Part shown: positions 20,085 through 27,229 of the stretch, piece after piece | How the letters are laid out: the number at the start of each line of letters is the position of its first letter | Numbering within the stretch: the stretch's first letter is position 1 | Source of the DNA: Geosiphon pyriformis uo1 | Lineage: Eukaryota; Fungi; Glomeromycota | Direction of reading: 5' to 3' | NCBI GenBank assembly: GCA_016748015.1 | Contig: JAAOMT010000770.1 | Span: 110,700-137,928, forward strand | Length of the DNA stretch: 27,229 nucleotides | Translations under genes and position numbers: made by a program | Notes under the pieces: model-generated | The model's input: the letters and a program-made list of their open reading frames with translations, nothing else | What the model was told of the DNA's origin: nothing | Database searches by the model: none

Positions 20085-23000
20085 TATTATTATTAACATT
20101 TTAATAAATGAGGCCCAAAAGCCACTTAGTATAATACATTAAACTAAGTAATCTAAACTAGGTGCAAATCATGTATTTTTTACATATAACCAGCCACTTG
20201 AACCAATTAAAACAACACTATATTAATATAATAGAAGAAAACTTATTCAAAAACAACATTTTTTAAATAATATTAAACAAAATAATACTACAAGAAACCA
20301 ATTTAACCAGCCACTTAACTGTTTTCAAGAGATTAGTTTTAATATGTACAAATTTATAAGCCCAAAAAAACATCAAATTAGCAAATGTATTATTATTTAA
20401 GCCAATCAATTGTTCAGAATTACCAGATATGTTAATATTTTTTATGCAACACACTTTCTTTAAAAAAACTACTTCTCTTTTCAACTTACCAATAATCTTG
20501 CTAAAAAAACTTATGTAAATTATAAGCTTATTGACTTTGAAACTAAAAACACAGCTAGAAACAAGATTACTCTTAATAAATTGTTTAAACACAGTAACCA
20601 GATTATTAATAGACTTAACAATTAATTTAACCAAAGTTAACAACTTTGCCAAATCAGATTTCAGAGAGACTAACTAAGAGAACACCAAAAAATTACCAAC
20701 AGCTACAAAAAAAGAAGCAAAAGTCACCAAAAAAAAACTCCCCAAAAGGGTTTGAAGAAACAAAAGTCTTTGCATATAACACAAAACTTACAAAACATAA
20801 TTTAAATATTTTGGAAGACTTAAGAAGAGAAAACAGAAAAATTTTACAGTCTGCAGCCAAATGGTTCAACTCTAAACACCTAAAACAATGCCAACAACTA
20901 AGGATTTTCTACCAAATATGGCATTTTTTAAGTATATTAGTTTTAATAATAGCAGAATTCAAATTAGCTTGAAAACTGAATATAACCAAAGCAAACCAAA
21001 AACAACAACCAAATTTAAGAAAATAAAAAATAAAACATGTTTGATTATCAACTTGAGAAATTATATTACTAATTTTAAAAGCAGTATAATCAGAAAAAAA
21101 TTAAACAACTTGGCCTTAAATTTATTATGAAACAAAATTGTCTTATTTTAATTCACCAAAGAAATAATCCTAATACTATCTTTGTTTACCAAAATTAATT
21201 AATGATTTAAAGCAGACACAGCAGAATTCAACTTATCAAAATAAACAACTACATATTGCTAAATGCCAGCAGGCTTTAGCACAACACAAGCAATACAACC
21301 AAACACACCAAAAACTGTTTTAATATCAACAGCAGACACACTTAAAAACATATTACACAGAGCAACAACAGCAAAAAGGAAACCAAATTCAAAAACCACC
21401 AGAAACTTGGCAATTTTTAGAGTGGCTTAACAAATAGAACCAGCAAGCTCAACCAAAAATGCAGTTTTCAAAGACATTTAAAAAGCAAATTCCACATAAA
21501 AAAGCTTTACATTGTTTTTTGACACTAAATTTGCACCCAAAAAACCATATACAGACTGAAAAACAGTCTTAACATAAGCCAATTTAATCTTAAAAGTAGT
21601 ATTAGACATCAAAGTAGAGATTACTATTATTTATAGAAATTAGGAGTATTATAGTTAGAAAAATAGCCAATCAAAAGTAGGCATAATAACAGAGAAATTT
21701 TAGAATTCCTCTGAAAGAATTCTAGGATTCTTTTGAAAAAATTGCAAGATTCTAGAAATTTTGTATAACATAAATTATATATATAGTGAGAGTATTAAAA
21801 ACAGAAAAAGCAATTCCTGAAGAATTCAATAAAGTTTTATTAATTTAGAACAATCTTCTTTTTTTTCGATTTATTAATTCTCATTTTATGAATAATTACT
21901 ATTAACTGAAGTAAATTTATTAACAAAATATTGAATAAAATATACTTATTATCATCCAATTCATGTTATTGTTATTTGTTTAAAAATTTAATTACACTTC
22001 CATTTATTAACACTTTATGTTGATAAAATTTAATACTTAACTATATTGAAACAATAGCTCTTGATTATGACTATTAATAAAATGCTAATTCTTTTTTTCT
22101 TTTTTTCTTTTCTTTATTTTCATTTATTTTATTTATTTTTTTGTTGTTTGTTAATTTACTAACTGATTAAAAAGATTAAGTATTAAGTAATTCATGTCAA
22201 AAATAGCTTAGTAAAAGACCTCAAAAAAAAGGTATACAATTTAAAAAATTTATAAATAAGCTTACCAAAAGGGTATGACTGCCAAAATAAACCAGCCATC
22301 ATGCTGAAAAAAAAAATTTGATAGAATTGTGATTTTAAGAGACTACTAACACAACCAATAAATCTTTGTTTATTATATAAAGAACCCAACCAAAATTTTC
22401 AAATACAAAACCTTCAGATTACATAAATCTTCAGATATTATCAACCAGAATAGTCATTAAGCACCAAATTATAAGTTTGTTATTTGTATTAACACTCCAA
22501 ATAATCATCTGTAATATCATCTATTCAGCAAATCTTTGATTACTAATAATTGTTTTCTAAGCATTACTAGTGGCAATACCAGAAACCAGAGAAAAAAATA
22601 ATTCAGTTTCTATTTAGTCAGCTCAATTTTTAAGAACAAATAATCCAATAGAAGATAATTGTTTTGCTTTTAGAACTGATAATGATTTGCTAAAAAATAT
22701 TATATTTGACAATATAGTTAATAATTATTTTTGGCCTATTTTAGATAATATGTCAGATGAAACAATGGAAATTTTATTTAAGATCTCAGTTAGAATCACA
22801 AAAAAATTTGGTGTAACAATAGTAGAGGCAAGCAACTGTTTCCATTTTTCTGAACTTTTGGTCTTTTTGCTTATTTTTTTAGAAGAAAAGATACTAACAG
22901 CACCTGGGGTAGAAGCTATAAAAGAGAAAACCAGCTTGTTAACTGGTTTGTTATTAAAAATTTTTGAGGTTTTTGAAAAGATAAAGGCAATACTAGGACT

Positions 23001-23270
23001 AATCCAAGTGTGTCTCTTTAAGAGAACTTTGATTGATAAAAAACCAGCCAAAGATAAGAAAATTGTTACAATAGTCACTAAAAACAACTTTTTATGATTA
23101 TTAGATAAAAAAAAAACTTTTAAAACGTTCTGTCTAATTGCTTTTACAATAAAAAAAGCTCTTCTGGTTGAAATTTTATTAGATATCTTAGGAAAAATAT
23201 TAGGTACAGCTTTTTTACTCTTTGCTTTGGTTATAATCATAAAATTAAAAAGACAAAAAGTCTATTTTTC
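20085..23270 (-). mobile_element. ORF1-only element copy 3, full length, interrupted by a solo LTR at 21625-22516
   Basis: ATG at 23240 (MIITKAKSKKAVPNIFPKISNKISTR..), intact knuckle CFRCLELNHLAADC at ~20846-20887, stop at 20218-20220 and shared tail 20100-20217. Coding span minus LTR and one TSD is 2127 nt versus 2129 nt in copy 1. Confidence 0.85.
21625..22516 (+). mobile_element. Solo LTR, family 2, copy C
   Basis: Termini tattatttatag...ctgtaata; colinear with 9672-10578. Flanks TTAC/TCAT both derive by C>T from CCAC, which is the sequence at the equivalent empty site in copy 1. Confidence 0.85.
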
Positions 23271-23479
23271 ATTAAAATTTTTTATTTATAAAAATATAAT
23301 AATAAAAAAGTTTTTAAAAATTATTTTAAAATATATTTTAAATTATTATTTTATTAATATATTTACTAAATATAAATTTTTATAAATACATAAAAATTAA
23401 TTTTATAATATTTTTAAATTAATATTTAAACATGTAATTAAAAAAATAACTTATTATTAATATTATAAAATTATATAAA

Positions 23480-23661
23480 CTTTTTCTCTTTTTTATTTTT
23501 ATAATCATAACTAAAGCAAAAAGTAAAAAAGTTTCAAATATTATTTTTCTTATAATACTTAATAAAGTTTTAATGAAAAAAATTTTTTATTGTTAAAACA
23601 GCTAAACAAATATTTTAACAATATTTTTTAAAATATTAATAGTAAAAGCTGTTTTTAATAA
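23480..23661 (+). mobile_element. ORF1-only element copy 4, 5' fragment interrupted by the Gypsy insertion
   Basis: ataatcataactaaagcaaaaagtaaaaaa (IIITKAKSKK) followed by sequence matching NKVS.. and ..KQNIL..; ends at the LTR edge. The remainder presumably lies beyond the window. Confidence 0.7.
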
Positions 23662-24372
23662 TATTATAATTAATTATTTGGAATATTGGTATCAATAACA
23701 AATCTATAACTTGGTACTTAATAGCTAATGATGATGGTAATATCTAAAGATTTTCGTAATTTAAAGATTTTTGTTTAAGTTTTTTGTATAATAAACAGAG
23801 ATTCAATGGTTGTTTCAATACCCTCTTGGAAGCTTATTCTGTAAATTTCTTTATTTAACATAGTGGCCAGTTTATTTTAGCAGTTATGTCCTTTTAATAA
23901 GCTATTTTTAAATTTTTATTCTTATTTTTGGGTCTTTTATTAGGTTATTTTTGATGTTAAAATATTTAATACTTAATTTTTTTAATCAGTTAGTAAAACA
24001 ACAAACAAAACAAAAATAAAAATAAAAAAAATGACAAGAAAAATAAAAAATTAGTATTCTATTAATAGTCATGATTAAGAACTATTAATTTAGTATGATT
24101 AAGTATTAAATATTATCAACATAGAGTATTGATAAAGTAAAAGTAATTAATATTTTTTAATCTAATGATGATAACATGGATTCCAGATGATAATTAATAT
24201 TTTATTAATATGTAATTTGATTCTATTTCAAGTTGTAGAAAACTATTTTTTGAAGGAAGAGATATGGAATAATTTAATAGGTAGTTGATATTGATTCTAA
24301 ACTTAATTTTGTCTTTTTTGCTTCTAATACTCTCACTATATATACATAATTACTAAATTTTTATAAGTAACA
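23662..24372 (-). repeat. 3' LTR (family 2, copy D), 711 bp, lacking the U3 CCAAT/repeat module
   Basis: Minus-strand start tgttacttataa; homologous to 9672-10578, 15033-15916 and 21625-22516. Only about 30 nt separate the LTR start from tatatatagtgagag. Confidence 0.85.
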
Positions 24373-25089
24373 TTATTATTTTTTTTTAATATTGAGCTTC
24401 ATTAAAATTTTTTAAATTTTCTAACTTTTTTTTTGAATTAACTTCTTGACTTTTTTCTTGAAAATTACTTGAAAAATTTTTGTTTGTAATTTTTCGAATT
24501 GGGCATTGGTAATTTTTCTCAATTAATTGATAGTTATTGTGTTTATTATTTAATAAAGTAGTATTTTTAGTTGGTCTTGAAATTCTGCTTATAATTAATA
24601 TATGACTCATGTCTATGTGAATAGATTGTTTTTTTTTACAAATTGTTTAAGTTAGTGTAATATTGTTGTATCAAACAATCATTTTGTGTTGTCAGTATAC
24701 AAGTTCTGAATATTAAGATTTTGTCCCAAGTGGTAATAGCAAAAATTTCTTGAAAATTGTTGTGTCCACTATTTCTAGTTTTTTTCTGTTAATTTCTTAT
24801 ATAATGTTGTTGTTCTTAGTATTTTTATTGATAATTTTACTTTTGCTAGTATATTATCTACTATTTTTTTTGATTTTTTGTGTACTTTATATTAGTGTTT
24901 TGGCTTTTTTTCTCTATTTTTGTACTGAATGGTTTGTTAATTGATTGTAATTTCTATGTTTTGTTGTTGATATTAGATTAATTAGAACAGTTATTGTGCA
25001 AATAAGTGAATATTGTTGGTAATTTTTATTTTTCTGTTTGCTTTTATTATGTGTATTGGTTTTTTATATATCTTTCTATTATATTAATT

Positions 25090-27229
25090 TGATGTGTTTG
25101 TGTTGATAATTATAATTGATTCTAGATCTTGTAAAATTTTCTCTGATTAGACTAGTATTTATTATACTCTCAGTTGTAGAATACTATTGGTAAATAATAA
25201 TACTATATTGTAATATAGTTTTAGTCAATTTCTATGTGCTATTTTAGCTAAGATTTTGTTGTCTCATCTTAGTTTATAAGCTTTATTTACTAGAATTTTT
25301 TCAATATGAAATGGTTTATCTTATTTGAGATCGAATTTTTTACTTCATTGTTTTTTCACTTTGGTATAATGCAAGAATACTTTGTTTCTAATCCTAAATT
25401 TAACTGGTTTATCTGGTAATTAGTTATTATATTGTTTTTTTTGTTTTTTTTGTGACTTTTAAATGTTATTAGCTGCTTTTTGTCTTTTGTTTTTTAATGT
25501 TTCTATTAAGTTATATGTTTTTTTTAGCAATGTTTTTTAAAGATTGACTTCTGTTATTGGTTTTGTTAGATATATGTTGATGTTTATCTTAACTAATAAT
25601 ATTGCTATTCTACTATACACAAGTTTAAATAGTGTTGCTTGTATGGTATCTTGCTTCATTGTTTGGTAAGCAAATAATACTGATGGTATAAACAAATTTT
25701 ATTTGTCCTGGTTTTTTTGGCTGATCTTAGCTATTGTTTTATATACTGTTTTGTTGAACTTTTTAACTAAGTCATTTGTTTGTAAATAATATGATGATAA
25801 TAATAGTCTCTTAATTCCGAATTTTTAACTTAATTTTGTTAGTATTTTGTTTACAAAATGAGTTTTTTGATCTGATAATAATTTTTTTGGGCATCTATGT
25901 TAACAAATCAACTTTTAATAAACAAATTTAGCTACAAATTTTGTATCTGCTCTTTGGATTGCTTTCACTTTTGGCCATTTTGTGAAATAGTTCATAACTA
26001 CTGCTATATAATGATTGTCTTTACTTGTTATTATTAATGGTCTGACTAAGTTAATTTTAATTTGATCAAATAATTGTCTCATTTTGATTGGTTTTAGCAG
26101 TTTACTAGATCTTGTTTTTTTCTTTTCTGACAAGCATCACAATTTTAAATGTATTGAATAATGTCTGGATGCATGAATAGTTAATAATATCTTTTTCTGA
26201 TTCTTTCTATAAGTGCTTCTTTATGAAAGTATTCTGCTGTTGAATCTAAATATATATTAAATAGTATTGTTTTTTTCTCTGGCTTTGTGATTACTCTAAA
26301 TGGTTGATCTGAATATTTTCTGTTTTTTCAGTATAATATATTTTGGTAAATAATAAAATATTTTGCTTGTTGTTTTATGTTGTTTTGTTTTTTTTGAGAT
26401 AATTTTTCTTTAAACTATTGAATATTAATATAATATTAGAGTTGTTAATATTTTTATGTGTTCATTTTTTGTAATATTTTTAAGTTAAAATGTTCTTAAA
26501 TTTGTTTCATTTGTGACAAATTATCAGCATTTTCAATTTTTTTTTCTTTTTTATAATGTACAATATAGTTAAATGATAATAATTTTATTTTTTATCTTGT
26601 ATGTTAATCATCTCCAAATTTTTGCTTCTGGATTAATGTCAATCTCTTGTAATCAATATATATTTTAAATTTTTGGCTTAAGTATTCTTTTTATTTAATG
26701 ACAGCTCAATAGATAGCTAAGTGTTTTAATGCTAAAATTTTATAATTTTTTTTGGCTAGATTTAAATTTCTGCTGGCATATGCTATTGGATGTTTTTATC
26801 CATCCATTTTTTTTTGTAACAATACAGCTTTTAATGCTTGACTGAATGCATCAGTAGTAATAATAAATAATTTGTTGTAATTTGAATAAATTAATATTGG
26901 TGCTTAAATAAGCTTTTTTTTTAATATGTTAAAAGCTTTTTGTTGGGTTTCTATCTATTTATACTTAACATTTTTTGTTTGAAGCTGGTGAAATGATTGG
27001 GCCAGTTTGAAAAAGTTCTGGATAAAATAGCAATAGTATCCAGCAAATCCCATAAATGTTCTTAATTCTATAAGATTTGTTAATACTGAAAAGTTTTTGA
27101 CTATTTTGATTTTATTTGGATCTGTTTTTATGTTGTTTTTGCTTACAATATGTCTCAAAAACTTAAGTTCAGTTTTTTTAAAGAAATATTTAATAGCATT
27201 TAATTTCAATCCAGCTCTTTTTAGTTTTT
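25090..27229 (-). pseudogene. pol: Gypsy pol (RT C-terminus, RNase H, integrase with GPY/F-type tail), degenerate
   Basis: LKFLRHIVS..IKTDPNKI..LRTFMGFAGYYCYFIQNF (RT); FIITTDAFSQALKAVLLQ..HPIAYASRNL (RH); YI*NCDAC (IN zinc finger); FDQIKINLVRPL..MNYFTKWPKVKAI (IN core, cf. FDRIGIDLVGPL..DYFTKWPEA); KPFHIEKIL..KAYKL and HRN*LKLY (C-terminal). The 3' end is approximate. Confidence 0.92.

Larger units (their letters stand above)
23662..27229 (-). mobile_element. Ty3/Gypsy LTR retrotransposon, 3' half (RT C-terminus, RNase H, integrase, extra 3' region, PPT remnant, 3' LTR of family 2); runs off the window
   Basis: RT-RH-IN domain order is diagnostic of Ty3/Gypsy. The purine run aaaaaaaaataataa (24373-24387, minus strand) abuts the LTR start TGTTACTTATAA at 24372. 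Confidence 0.92.

Noticed and set aside
20070-23290. TSDs for the LINE and for ORF1-only copies 2 and 3
   Set aside because: The flanks are low-complexity A/T, so candidate matches such as aaaattttt are not distinguishable from chance.
24750-24944. Hydrophobic ORF as a membrane or Env protein (likewise 15708-15914 and 13264-13497)
   Set aside because: These are antisense to or inside TE sequence. T-rich or AT-rich DNA automatically yields Phe/Leu/Ile-rich peptides.
1640-27229. The left Gypsy RT fragment and the right Gypsy element as one element
   Set aside because: They are on opposite strands about 21 kb apart, and no LTR is associated with the left fragment.

Overview
This is eukaryotic, extremely AT-rich and CpG-depleted DNA with no intact host gene, RNA gene or CRISPR array. 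The element proteins resemble, from memory only, those of Glomeromycotina fungi such as Geosiphon; this is an unverified inference. After about 1.6 kb of CpG-retaining sequence carrying a broken low-complexity ORF, the window is a nested transposon graveyard. It holds (i) a Ty3/Gypsy RT fragment and (ii) a full-length decayed LINE on the minus strand (~6490-17910; ORF1 RRM-like+CCHC; ORF2 APE-EN, RT, RNase H, CCHC), split by four solo LTRs and one TA-flanked TIR element; removing the three insertions in ORF2 and the one in ORF1 restores colinear coding sequence. It also holds (iii) three complete or near-complete copies and one fragment of a ~2.3-kb 'ORF1-only' poly(A) retroelement and (iv) the 3' half of a Gypsy element whose LTR matches three of the solo LTRs. 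The best candidate for an undescribed system is the ORF1-only element. It has a 13-bp TSD at a TTTT/AAAAA site, encodes only a ~709-aa Gag-like protein distantly related to the LINE ORF1, and shares a ~120-nt 3' tail with the autonomous LINE starting exactly at the stop codon, like a HAL1 or HeT-A-type helper/dependent pair. The repeat families I could compare show heavy C>T/G>A transition mutation that is not restricted to CpG (RIP-like). All alignments and counts were done by eye.
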